Below are positions 51,728 through 64,000 of a stretch of DNA of 64,000 nucleotides, piece after piece (position 1 is the first letter of the stretch; the number at the start of each line of letters is the position of its first letter). The position numbers were made by a program, and so were the translations under genes. This stretch comes from Vermamoeba vermiformis. Lineage: Eukaryota. The stretch spans positions 372,001-436,000 of the forward strand of contig JBEWZL010000238.1 in the NCBI GenBank assembly GCA_045837725.1, written 5' to 3'. The notes beneath the pieces were generated by a model. That model did no database searches. It saw only the letters and a list, made by a program, of their open reading frames with translations, and was not told the origin of the DNA.

Positions 51728-52785
51728 TTAGTCGATGTCCAAGCTGGCCATGGAAGATGAAACAGGTTGATTGGCATTGACATTGTTGTTACGGTCGACG
51801 AAGTAATTGAAGACGTTATTAGTTGCGCTTTTCGCTTGACCACATCCATTTTGTAGCGCGTACTGGAGGCAATCATCGTGACCTTGGCAACGTGCGTATT
51901 CCAAAGTATAAGAATCCCAAGGGCACCCGCTCTCGTGCGCGTATTTTAATATGTTTAAGTAGCCTGCGTCAGCTGCACCGCTGCAAGTAGATGCGTTCCA
52001 TGGACATCCGTTCTCGTGCGCGTACTTCAAGCAGGCCAATTCGCCATTGCTAGCTGCATGGAAACAAGTCTGTTCGTCCCAAGGGCACCCATGTTCGTGC
52101 GCGTACTTCAGAATTTCGAGTTGTCCACTAGATGCAGCTGCTTCAGAAGTTTCTCGGCCCCAAGGACAGCCGTGCTCGTGCGCGTAAATTAAGCATTGTA
52201 ATTGCCCTGCAAACGCAGTGTATTTGCACGTCTCTTCCGTCCATTTCAAGCTTCCAGTCTCGTGAACATACTTCATGCAAGATAAATAACCATTTAAGGC
52301 AAAGTACTCCATCACGTTGAATCCACTGAATTTATCCATTTTTCTTCGCTTTTTGAATTCTTTGCAGGTAATATAGAGCTGTTTTGACACCAAGGGCAAG
52401 AAGGTGAGCGTCACTTGAAGGAAAGCTTCGCCGAACCAGACGTCATCCACCACATCCGGTAGTAACTCGAGAATACGCATCCAAACGTCACTAGGAACTA
52501 ACGTTGATACACTTCTGTCCTACAAAAACAATAGAGTCAGATTTAACAATGGACAAAGGAATGAGAGAAGTTTTAGGATCCTCGTAAAAAAAGCAGCGCT
52601 TGCAATAAATAGGTCATAAATTTTTTTTGTGATTTTAAAAATCCTCATTCTCAATTTATAGCTTTTTAAAAGAAGCGGAACGGATGCGATCGGTAATCAC
52701 GAGAATTTACGCTTCATACTTCGCAAATATTATTATACAAATAGTCATTATAAAGACTTACCCCTATTTGTTCCTCATCAGCCAT
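51728..52785 (-). CDS. F-box-like + 'GCPW'-type ankyrin repeat protein
   Basis: VPSDVWMRILELL, followed by tandem repeats (C/I)L(K/I)YAHE(H/N/S)GCPW...AA..G.L. Short first exon MADEEQIG. Confidence 0.8.
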
Positions 52786-52980
52786 TGTTTCTGTGTTGCG
52801 AGTCTGTTGTGAATTAAAATATCGTTGGCGATTTTCATTATGCTAGGATCCAAATTAGGCAAGTCGCGCGACCGGTTGATACCGGTTGACCCTTACCAAC
52901 ATAAATAAACAATCGGAAAAATTTATTTACAAAGTTTAACTCAAACAACATCGCTAATTTACATTAAGAAAGCGTGAAGT

Positions 52981-55900
52981 TCAATCGATCTGCATGTCGC
53001 TAGTATTATTCGTTGTATCCGCTGCATCCTGATTATCTTTCTTACACGAACAATATTTCTCGTCAAATGGACACTGCAGATCAGTAGACATGGCCACTGC
53101 TTTTTTGCCAACACGCCACTTGGCTGTGTGTTTGCTGCCACCAACAGCTGATAAAATTTCTTTGCCGTGGATTAATAACGTGCATTTAGCCGGCTTATTT
53201 TTCATCGCTTCTTCAGCGCTCAATTTGATTTTCTCGCACTTAACGTGTTTCGTGTACTGCGAGATCCAGTTGTATAAATGACTGATTGGCGTGCCGCGCT
53301 TATCTTCGGTGATTTCATTGGCCCAGAACGGCAATAAAAATCTCCTGTAGACCTCCCACACTCGTTCATATCGGAACTTTTGATCAACAAAAATAGCTCC
53401 TGAGAATAATAGATCGATCAATAAATAAGGAAGTCGGACTTTTTGAGGTAAATTGCGTACCTGCAATGGCTTCAAAAAGATCTCCGAGAGGTTTAGGAGC
53501 AGGCGTGTCAATATCGTGCATTGAAGTTGCATTCTCACAGGCCTCTTCAAACTCTCTAATGGCACGGACCAAGTCACCATTCACCACGCGCATGTGCTTG
53601 TGCAGCTTGTGTTTGACGCAGACGTACGAGAATGCTTGATTGTTCACTGACGCGTGTTTGTACTCGGTTAACAAGCCTGGTGTAGCTTCTCTGTTCTTGA
53701 AGTACAAGTAACGCAGGCTGAAGAAGTCGAGCACTGCATCGCCTAAGAATTCGAGTCGTTGATAGCTGCCGCTGTAGTCCACACGATACGACGGATGTGT
53801 GATGGCCTCAAGTGCAAGTCTCTTTGATGTAAATTCATAGCCCAAGTCTTTTTCAAGTTCAGCGACTAAGGCCAGTTGGTTCTCGGTCAAAGCGATTCTG
53901 TCGCGTTCATTGACAGTGCTGTAATTGCCCGTCAGAATGCTATCAATGGAGCTACTAATGTCAGCAGCGACATTGAACTTCATCATCATCGTGAGAGCTG
54001 ATCGCAATGACACGACTTCTTTGTCCGACAATTCTGTGAAACTTGCGTCATCGTTGTCAATCTCCATTGAGTCTGGCGCGGTGCCAAGTTGTTCGAGAAT
54101 GTAACAGGCACCAATCATTGCTTCCGTGCAGTCAGCGATGACTTTAGCCGGAAATGTTCGTTTGACAGGTGTCATATCAATGCCTAAGAAGTTCATTAGT
54201 TTTTTCGCGTTCGAAAGCAAATGAAAATGAGTTTGTACCTGGAATGGTCCAGCGATGATTGGGCGGCTTATTTTTATGCTGAAAAGGCACGTTTTGAATG
54301 TAATGATGCAAGTTTGCGTTCACAAAAGCTTCGCGCAAGGCCTTGTTGCTGACTCTATCACCAAGCATTGTCGTTAACGTGCCTTCATGAAAATGCGGAT
54401 TTTTGTAGTAGAGACCTGTGGCGACAAGCAACTTGATCACAGTATCTATCGCCATATTTAGAAAGTATTCGGCTGTGCAATAAAAGTTTGGACTTACCGC
54501 CTAAAATTTCTAACCGTTCATAATCGGGCTTTTCTTGCATGACAGGCGCTGTTACTGCCTGTTTTAGCAATGGATAGCTCGATTCTTTCGCCAATTGGCT
54601 ATCAGCAAAATTAGCTCGGAATTCTCCCACGAACTTCTTTTCGATAAGAAGTCGTTCGATCTCGTGAATAAACGACGGAATAAATTTGTATTGGAGCAGC
54701 CAATCAAATTTCTGGGTTAAAACCGTGCAAATTTCTGGTGGCATGTGGTGGAAGTGACGAGGCGTTCTAGATGAATAACAAAATTAGTATATAAAACAAA
54801 TTTATATATAGTATTAGGTGAAATTGAGTATTGTAGTAGTAAGGTTTTAGTGAACAAACGACGGACTTACGATTCTAGCCAAAATTTCTTGTGGATATTT
54901 TCACTGGCCAACAAACTCCGCAACGAAATTACTCGGCCAAAAACGACGTTTTGAGTTGGGTCCAACGTCAAGCCATATTTTTCCGTGAAATAATTGTAGA
55001 CGTAGTTTTCAGTGCCTTCGTCCCATACTTCTGTGATCGGCTTCGTTGAAAACTTTTCAATGATGAAAATTTGTTCTTTTTGCGTGTGTTTTGCACGGCA
55101 CAAATAGCCTTTCATTGTGCGCAAGTCATATTTGCCAGATCGAATTGCAGCCAATAAATTTTCTTCGGGGCCAGGTTCTTTGACAAATTCGGACATGACC
55201 AATTGATCTATAAATAGCTCGTCATCGGAGATCGAGCACGGAAGAATGAGAATATTTTTCACGCCATCTTGCCATTTCGGAATTTCCGGCCAATCAAAGA
55301 GATATTTGTATAGTTTCATATTGAACTGCTTGATCGGTTCTAAATCTCCGCTGTAAGCTCCATGATATTCCACGCGGAATTTCTTGTCACCAAACGGAAA
55401 AATTGAAGGGATATCGTCCATAATCGTCGGAAAGATAAGTCCAAAAATAGCGCGGCCAGGAAAATCTGAGATCTCGGAGAATATGTATAATTGTCCGACA
55501 GTCAGTTTCGTTTGCAGTTTTTCCGGAATAATCATATCGACCACCAATGGTGCATCAGGCTCGTCTTGATTTTCTCGAGCCGTCTCTTCGCTTCCAGAAT
55601 TTGGCAATAAATGGTCGTTCAACAAACCTTTTTCATGAAGTTGTTTCACCATCGCCAGTGCAGCTAAAAAAAACATTCTTTAGCAGTGTGACTTCCAAAA
55701 AAGGCAATATTGGCGTTTACCTGATCGTTTTGCAATTTTTTTGTTATTATGCACCAATCCAGTAGCGCTAAAACCATCGGGCGTTTCAACCGTCGCCTGA
55801 CATTCTCCTCCACCTAATCAATTTTCCTTATTTAGTACTTGCCGCGAATATTTGCAAAGACTAGCGTGTGCGCTTACCCAAATCAAGTTCATCCCATTGT

Positions 55901-58446
55901 AATTTGTTCGAAGTGTATCCATCAGTGGGAACAGTTTGTGCGTACTGATTGACAAGCTGCACGCTCGACAATAAATTAGCCGTGGCACCAGTCGAAGCAA
56001 CAACATAAGGTGGCTCATCGTCTTTAAAATCAACGGTCGTTTCAGTCTCCATAGCCATGTCATCCACTTCACGCGCAGTTTGACCAATCATAATGTTCTC
56101 CGCGCTGTGCAAATAGAGATTCAATATTGAGTCTTGCGTAAATGTTTGCTCGAAGCGAATGTTATACTTTTGATGCTGCATGATCTTTTTTTGGTACGCC
56201 ACGTCATGTGTTTCCACAAATAGAATAAAATCTGAGTCCAGTTTTCTAGCGCGACCACGTGATTGGATGTAACTTTTGGTCGTTTGCATTTTATCAAATT
56301 GAACCACAAATTTGCAAGCTTGAACGTCCACCCTAGAAAATCGTTAGAATGTAATATAACCATATAAGGAAATCTGGTAGCAGAGTTTTCTCGCGACTTT
56401 TACCCTTCTTCGACCGCTTTTGTCGCAATTAATAGATTAATTTGCTTTGTTTTGAACTTTTTCTGAATGTCTTCTACTGACGGACGTTCCTCCTACAATA
56501 ATTCTGTTACAACTTTTCCTAATTAGGCAATAAACCTCCGATTACGTACCGCAGGCACAGTAGTCTTGGCTTGGCCGTGGAAAAATCCTAAATGAATTCC
56601 TTCGCCGAGATCCACGGCTTTCAACAGTTGACACAACATGCGGCACACAGCTCTTCGCTCGACAAAAATTATTCCGCAGAACTCCTCACCGTGTCGTTCA
56701 TGAAGCTCTCGGATGAGATCGCACAAATGATTGAATTTGTACGAAATTGCTAGTCCTATTCTGTGCTCGTCAGCAATGCACAAAAATTTCTTCAATTTTT
56801 CCTGTTCTTTCAACGTCTCTTGTTTAAACCGCTTGTTTTTGACGTATCGATAAGCTGACTCAAGACCCACGTCCGAAGCCAAAGTCAAGGCGTTCAAAAG
56901 TGTCTTTTCGCCTTTTTCGTGTCTTATTGATTCGAACAGAGTCTCAACCTCCAATCTGAACTCCGTATTGTCGTAGTGAAGTACTTGCTCTTCAGGTCTC
57001 GCGACATATTTAGCCAAATCTGCCAGCGAGATATTATTAACGCGCCAAGTTAAGAGCAGTGTATTATTTCCGTACCTGATCGATCGTGAGCTGTGACCAA
57101 GACGCAATCAGTCTTTTGTTCTAATTCGGAAATAGCTTCTCGTACGTCCCACTCACTAAAATAGAATTAGCATTGCAGGCGAATATATTGGCGCGTAATC
57201 AAATGACACGTGTCAATGCTACGGCGCGTCATTTGAACAGCACATGATACGTGTCAATACCATGACCTCATTTGGTAGCAGGTATGACACGTGTCAAAAA
57301 ATCATTAAGCACTTACGTGTCTTTGACGTTAAAAACAGGCGAGGCAGTCATGCCAAAGATGTGAGGTTTGATTGGATAGTCGTCGTTGTGATAGAACTCC
57401 TTGAAGATGCGCGCATAAGGCGAGTCTAAATATGAACGTTATTAGCTGTTAATACTAATCAAAGGCGCTGTTAGAGTGCTTTACCTCCGGTCGCTTGATG
57501 GATCTCATCCAGAACGAGCAAGTTGCACTGAGAAATTGACCAATAGCTGTGTCGCATCATGTCCACGAATATTTGGGGCGTCATAACTAAGATCTAATAT
57601 AGAATAGGTAGATAAGTACCTTTGCCAACGCATCCAATTAATTATTTCATACTAATCCAAGAAGCGCCAACGCATTCTTTAAATTTAAATTGCCAAATAA
57701 AGCAATATTTTAGTGTTGGCAATTGTGGCAAATGTGGATAAAGACCAGTAAGAGAGTCGGTTATAATATATGACTTACGTGTACTTTGTTGGTTTCTTCT
57801 AACCATTTGGCTTTGTTCCAAATGTCAAGGCCGAGATCGCCATAAAAGCCTTTAACAACCCGATCTTCAGGGACTTCTCGTTGAATAGCAGCTGCCTATA
57901 TAAATAAATATGAGTAATTCAATGCTCTTATTCGTCGGCGAAAACTGACACTTCGATCAGATCCGCTAAAAATAGTCCCAATGGAGTTAAATAGGGGATC
58001 TTTAACGTTCTATAAGATCAAGTGGTTATTTAGTTATGATATTACCCATACCTGCTGATGCACGAGAATGACAGTCGGCGTCAAGAAGATGGTCCATTTC
58101 CGGTCTTCTTTGGCTGGATCAATTTCTGCTATTTTTTCTCGTATAAGACGAGCTGCTATTAATGTCTTTCCAGCACCTAATATCAAGATCAGTCGATAGC
58201 GAATTATTTTAAAAATTATTTCGAAATAATTTAGATTGCGGATGCGTTACCTGTTGGTAGAAATGCAATGACGTTCTTTTTTAATGCTTTGCGCAATATA
58301 TCTTCTTGATAGCCGCGAATTTTTTGCGATTGATGAACCTCCATCGGAGCTGCCTGCATCCGTTTCTTTAATCTGTCTAAACGTTAAGAATAAGTAACTA
58401 AAAGTAGCCTACTTGGAATTGAAGTATTAAAATATTTATCACGCAT
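52981..58446 (-). CDS. Dicer-like RNase III: DExH helicase, HELICc, DUF283, PAZ-like, two RNase III domains, dsRBD
   Basis: RGYQ...LPTGAGKT; VLDEIH; GMTASP; IIFVERR; EEG; YIQSRGRAR; PAZ-like YFTEKYG...PPEIC; RNase IIIa YERLEILGD...ADCTEAMIGA; RNase IIIb YQRLEFLGDAVLD...GDLFEAIAGA. Start is either 58446 (through a small exon) or 58359. Confidence 0.95.
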
Positions 58447-58583
58447 ATTAGATTTTAAAGCAACGGATTTACCTATGTAAAGTACTCGAGATCGAATTTT
58501 GCTGAAGCTTACGTTGGCCTCAAAGACTTGCTTAATGGTTTATTCTTCCATTAGAATTGAATTTTTTGACTTCGGTTTTGTTT

Positions 58584-58653
58584 GCCGTGTTGTGTCCGCC
58601 GTGTTGGGATTTTTAAAAATAGAGCGGTACAAATCCAACACGGCGCCGTGTTG
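58584..58653. promoter_or_regulatory. Cluster of four GCCGTGTTG motifs (one inverted) between the divergent Dicer and RING-WD40 genes
   Basis: Direct copies at 58584, 58598 and 58645, inverted copy CAACACGGC at 58636. The last two form the palindrome CAACACGGCGCCGTGTTG. Confidence 0.5.
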
Positions 58654-58918
58654 AACTTCTGAGGACAATTTAGCAGCAGGCTTATTGTTCCCCTGTATGC
58701 CTAAATTCTTACTACTTTTGGATTTCTTTCTTCCTTGGGTAGCTAGTAGTTAAGCGCTGATGAGTTCAAATTTTTAACCGAACTCGCAAGATGACCACGC
58801 GAGCTTTTGTAAATAATAACTTGTATATTTTGTAATTATTATATTTATTTTGCGAACTTATTCGCAGTCCAAATAGGTTTCTTATCACCTAGCTATTTGA
58901 AACTAAGTCGTTAGAGAG

Positions 58919-61234
58919 ATGGAGGATCCGCCAGAAGTGTTTGTGCATCAGCCCCCAGAAGAGCTTAAATGTCCTATTTGCTTCGATTTATTACGAGACC
59001 CCGTAATCACAGCGGAGTGCGCGCACACTTTCTGCAAGATTTGCTTCAAAAGATGTGCGGAGACGAAAGCAAATTGTCCAACGTGCCGTAGCAGTATTAC
59101 CACGAACCATATTAACCCCAACCGTATTGTTGCGGGAATATTGGATAACCTGCAAATTCACTGTAGATTTGGGCTGAAAAAAATTAATAACGGTAAGAAA
59201 AATTAATAATTTCCTAATAACACTTTTTCATCGTGCAAATACATATTTATAGTCGGTATATTCGAAAAATATTAGTATAAATATTTAAATAAATGCCGAA
59301 TCTTTATTGAAATTGGAGGTATCCGGATCTCGGTTTGCACGTTTACCTCATCATTTAATCTATTGTAATTATATTAAATAACATGTATATATTCTAGGCG
59401 AATGGGAGGTAGATCATTCTCAGTGCCCAGTAATCGTCAAACGTTCCGAGCGAAGATCTCACGAAACTAACTGTCCTTACCGCCCTCAACGCTGTATGCA
59501 CGTGAAGGTACTTAAAATATTTTCTATGACACATATATATTCGACATAATCATATTAGATCTTTTCAAGCTGCATTTATCTGATCTTTTGTTCTAGCGAG
59601 GATGTACCTTCCAAGGTACTGCTCAAGAGGTCGACGAGCACACCAAGAAGTGCTCATATGAACAACTGAAGCCTTACCTCGAGAAAAATGAAGAAGAGAT
59701 TGAGTTGCTCAAACAAAGAGTTAAATCGCAAGATCTCGAAATTGAACACTTAAAAAAGAAACTGACGCAAATTCTGGGCGCTCTTAACGAGGTAAATAGA
59801 CCGTTTATACCATATACTGCATGTTGTAAGGGTAAATAATATGGAACTAACGTGCTTTGCGGTAGATCAAGATGGATCAAGCCAGTCAGTTGAAACTCGA
59901 CGAGATGCTGGTTAACAACAATAAGAAGCGTCGAGATAACGATAATAACAATACTGGCAATAATGGCGCGAAGAGAAAGAGTTCACTGACCCTTAAAGAC
60001 GTAAGTCCAAACCGTTACAAAAGTAAATCCAATCTGCCAAAAAAGAGCATATTTTCTTGCTCGTGTAATTATTATTTTTTACTAACGTTGATTTCATAAG
60101 GTCTTTAACAAAGAGAAGGTCCAATGCACGAAGACATTGACAGCACACGACGATACAGTCGAATCGCTCGTGGTAGATCAACAACAAAATTTACTCTATT
60201 CAGCCTCGTGGGATCACACTATTAAGGTATATTATAATACACACCGACACCTGTTACTTAATACTAGCACCTATTATATTCTTGTCAACATAGATAGCTA
60301 ACCGCGATCTGTTTTAGATCTGGGATCTCGATAGTTTTATTTGCCGTCACACGTTGAAGAGCGACAGTGACGTGCGTGAACTAGTCATATATGAAGACAA
60401 ATTGTTCAGCGGATGTGGCAACGGCGCTGTGCAAGTATGGAACATTGCGCAGTTGAAGTGTGTCAAGTCGGCTAAAAAGCACTCTGACGACGTGTTGGCC
60501 TTGAAGATGTTGAACGACAAGTTGTACTCTGGCTCGAGCGACGCCACTGTGCGCGTGTGGGACGTGAATACACTCGAATGTCTCGACACCTGGCTCGGCC
60601 ACAACAATTGGGTCTTCGCACTCGAAGTGGATCCGAAGAATGGTCTCGTGTTCTCAGGAAGCTCTGACAACTCCGTCAAGGTATGTGCTGAATATATTAA
60701 CGACATATTATTCCTATTTTATGCAGTTTAATGTCAGACTGACTTACATTGTGGAACAGATCTGGTCGACCCAAACCAACAGATGCACAGCGACATTAAA
60801 TGGTCACAGCGATCAAGTGCGCGCATTAGCAGTGTCAGGCAATCAATTATTCACGGGTTCATATGACTGCACCATCAAAGTAAGTTACTTGACTTTGAAT
60901 GATCGTGCTAGATCTAACGTCTGACCGAGGTATGGGATATTCGTACTATGCAGTGCCTGACGTGCTTGAACGTCTTCAACGAGGTTTTTGGTCTTGCCAC
61001 ATCAAACGACTTTGTTTTTAGTGGTGACGAGAATGGTACTCTAAAGGTAAGTTCGCGCAAGTGGATTTGAATTCGGATTCAAAATCTGACTTTTTGTTAC
61101 AGATCTGGGACATTGAGTCGCGCAAATGCTTGCATACATTATCAGAGCATTCGGGCTCTGTTTATGCATTTGCGGCTACGAACGACAAGCTGTTGAGTGC
61201 GTCATCGGACACGACAATTAAAGTATGGCAATGA
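58919..61234 (+). CDS. RING + TRAF-type Zn finger + coiled coil + WD40 protein (TRAF7-like E3 ligase architecture)
   Basis: C3HC4 RING CPIC...CAHTFCKIC...CPTC; segment HETNCPY...C...C...H...C; coiled coil; WD40 repeats (SGSSDATVRVWD, GSYDCTIK, ASSDTTIKVW). Confidence 0.88.
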
Positions 61235-61488
61235 ACGATGCAATGCAAACAAATGGAAGTGTACAAATGTAAATATGTTTATTCAACTAATAAGCACGCG
61301 TGTTGAAGCAAATATTGAGGTCAAGAGATTTAACCGTTAGTTCCTTTGTTGTATTCAATTTGGCTTTAAAATTCTGTAAAAATACTCGCCGACTTTTATT
61401 TGAATTTTAATTTAAACAACAACAAACGACTCAATACAAGCTTGAATTAACTATCGATATATGCTACAATTAACTATTGAAGTTGACT

Positions 61489-63229
61489 TTAAAATCGAGC
61501 TGGTTGGTTTTTGTGAGTAATTACAGAATTACAAAAATCAAGCACTACGATAGCATTCTGTTGCTTATTATGCGATTGCACGTGGAAAATGATTTGAGTT
61601 TCAGAAACTACAGCGTCAAGCACATTCCATTTTTGGTAAGTAGCAGGAACTAGCTTGGCATACGGCTCAACAAATTTTCCTTCGCTAACGATTTCTTTAG
61701 TCATTTTTGGCGCTGCAAAGGCGACTGAATTTTCTTGTTTAATAATCATCTATGAAAAACGAAGTTAGAAATTTTTCGGATGCGATCTGGATATTGAGAC
61801 GTACGAGGTCAGGAGTGAGCATTTTTAAAACTTTTTTGTTTTTCTTATTGAATAATGGCCATAGTAATTGATTCATTTGACCGTCTTTAAATTCCATAGC
61901 ATCAACCAAATGACCAGTTAGTCTATTCTCAGCGATAAGGACCCCTTTGAAATATCGCATCCGGTACAATTTAGCGCTACTTCCTAGGGAAAATTGCGTA
62001 ATATGCGAGCCATCATGAACTGAAAACACCTAATAAAGAAATAATTACTACAAAAAAATCGCGATCCGGGTGCGCTTGACATACTCGTGAGTGGCCACAC
62101 TCGTTAGATATAAACAGAAAGTCTTTGGTAATTTTAATATGTGCACCCCTCATAGAATAATTGGCCAAATCTATTTGTACGGAACTCTTAAAAAATACCG
62201 TGTCAGACTGTGTTACAAAAATTCGATTTCAAGTACGTACGATGAGCTCCCAATTATTATCAAACTTGTCTAAATAATATTTCTTATCAGGTTTTTTGTG
62301 TAGAATAGCTTTTATCGATCCATTGACGGATCCGCCAAAGAGAATCCAGTCGCAGTCAACAATTTCATTTGTGCGCATGTTCTTTCTCTATTGAAATTCT
62401 TAGAATAATTTCTTGTAATTAATTATCGATTATCTTACCTTCCATTTGTTATTATCATAACTACAGAATATAATCGTTTCCTCGCCGTCAAAATAGACGG
62501 AATATGGGTTATTCAAGGCTTTTCCGAATACTTCGTCGACAATATTCCAAGAGCATATTGTGCCTCCTAAGTAAAACAAAACCAAATTGCCTCCCTGAAA
62601 TAAACTTAGCACCAACAACTTTCATTACGGGATATCGGCCAGGATGTATTACCTTCCATAGTACTTGAGGCGAATGCGGAGTCCAGGTCTCGGTAGCGGC
62701 TAATTTCTGCATGGTCTCTAGATCGTACATGCAGATCTGTAAACTACAAGTGTTTGCCGTTTTCGATAAAACAAGCAGTCTGGTTGAAAGTGGGATATAG
62801 TAACAAATAGTGTAGTTTAATTATAACCCTACCTGTTCTTTTTGCATTTAATGGTGATTTCCGAATGGGTATCCTTTCCTAATTTAACCGGGAACCCAAA
62901 TCCAACAGGAGCAGTGTCTATCGAATATAAAAAGGTATAAAATATATGATAAATATGATAGAAATATTTAATGACCTACTTAATTGCTGCCAGCGTAATT
63001 GATTAGAAAATTTTAGCTTAATCCGCTCCAAATTGTTTTCTACAGCACTGTTGACTCGCTTCATCATGCTCCATTTATTACATACTTGCTCTAATAATTT
63101 TTTAGGATAAACAGCATCAGAATCAACGACGGATCGAAGCTGCTTGCAAGATTCGCTCAAGCCCAAGGCGGAGCGCAAGGGCAAGTACGAGCAAATAAGA
63201 GAAATTATCTCTATAGGGAGTACTTCCAT
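61489..63229 (-). CDS. F-box protein with a beta-rich C-terminal region, multi-exon
   Basis: MEVLPIEIISLICSYLPLRSALGLSESCKQLR. Downstream exons include ORFs 62509, 62430, 61739 and 61489. Confidence 0.8.
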
Positions 63230-63288
63230 ATTAATATTGTGTTCGTACTTTCAGATCGGCAGTAAAGAAAATGACAAGACCGGCACCT

Positions 63289-64000
63289 TTATTTTGAAAC
63301 GACGACAGAATTACAATAATCGAGCACTATAATCGTGTTCTGCTTAGTTTGTGATTGCATGTGCAAAATAATTTGCGTTTCAGACAGCATGGTCTCCATT
63401 ACTCGCCACGTCGCGTATTCATTAGTTACGAGCTTGTTGATCTGTGGCGTTAATTTGGCTCCGCTAACAATGTCGGTCTTTGTTGTGGGTGTTTTGAACG
63501 CAATTGCTTTGCCATACTTAATAAGCGCCTATTTAAAACCAGCATTAATTTCATCGTGGAGAGATCTGGTTCAAAAATATATTTTCTTCTCGTACCAATT
63601 CATTTGTAATCATTTTGAAAACGGTTTTTTTGCTGTAAGGCTGTGTGATCCATGTAATTTGCTCCAGTCTATTATTTTTCAGCGAATACACACCAAGCAC
63701 TTCATTGTTCGATTTCATCTCGTGGATCAGCATGCCGTCCTTCGAATATCTCAAGATATGGCGGTCGTCAATAGTTACAGGCATGCGTAAAATTAAAGCT
63801 CCCGTGTGCGAAGACAAGATCTAAATTAAGCAACAAAGTTAAAACACGCGTTAAAAAAACTCGTTGAATCATACTCGTGCGGGAATGGTCTCCGAAAAAT
63901 AGAAAAGGAAAGTGTACTTGGGAGTGATCTTAAACTCAACAGCGCCATAACAGTCCAACACTTCTAACGGCACAGAGCTCTAATAAGAGTTAATTTCGTT
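63289..64000 (-). CDS. 3' part of a tandem paralog of the adjacent F-box gene; 5' end lies outside the window
   Basis: C-terminus WRVMETMLSETQIILHMQSQTKQNTIIVLDYCNSVV aligns with the neighbour's WNVLDAVVSETQIIFHVQSHNKQQNAIVVLDFCNSVI. Stop TAA at 63289-63291. Confidence 0.8.

Noticed and set aside
15879-58446. Single co-regulated silencing cluster (DNA modifier + PARP + Dicer)
   Set aside because: The genes are spread over more than 40 kb and interleaved with unrelated housekeeping genes. Proximity alone is not evidence of a functional cluster in a eukaryote.

Overview
This window is gene-dense, intron-rich eukaryotic nuclear DNA. It most resembles an amoebozoan protist, inferred from Asn-rich tracts, a Zn2Cys6 factor, a receptor TKL kinase, a tandem RasGEF and a stand-alone LolD-type ABC ATPase. 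I reconstructed about 20 spliced protein-coding genes by hand, so exon boundaries and start codons are approximate. No tRNA, rRNA, CRISPR array or intact transposon was recognised. The best candidate for a new system is a multi-exon gene at 15879-20520 (+). It fuses an AT-hook and a methyl-lysine-type chromodomain to a domain with the motifs of phage thymidine-hypermodifying enzymes (aGPT-PPlase clade 1 / amino acid:DNA transferase), which suggests a chromatin-targeted DNA base modifier. Other highlights are a SAM + P-loop NTPase + possible REase (Crinkler/RHS-type) gene whose NTPase part is sharply CpG-depleted, two minor-spliceosome (U12) introns (one AT-AC), and several GC-AG introns. The window also holds a full-length helicase-containing Dicer with a possible fungal-type Zn-binding dsRBD, a large ankyrin-WGR-PARP and an RRM-less Yme2-like mitochondrial AAA+ protein.
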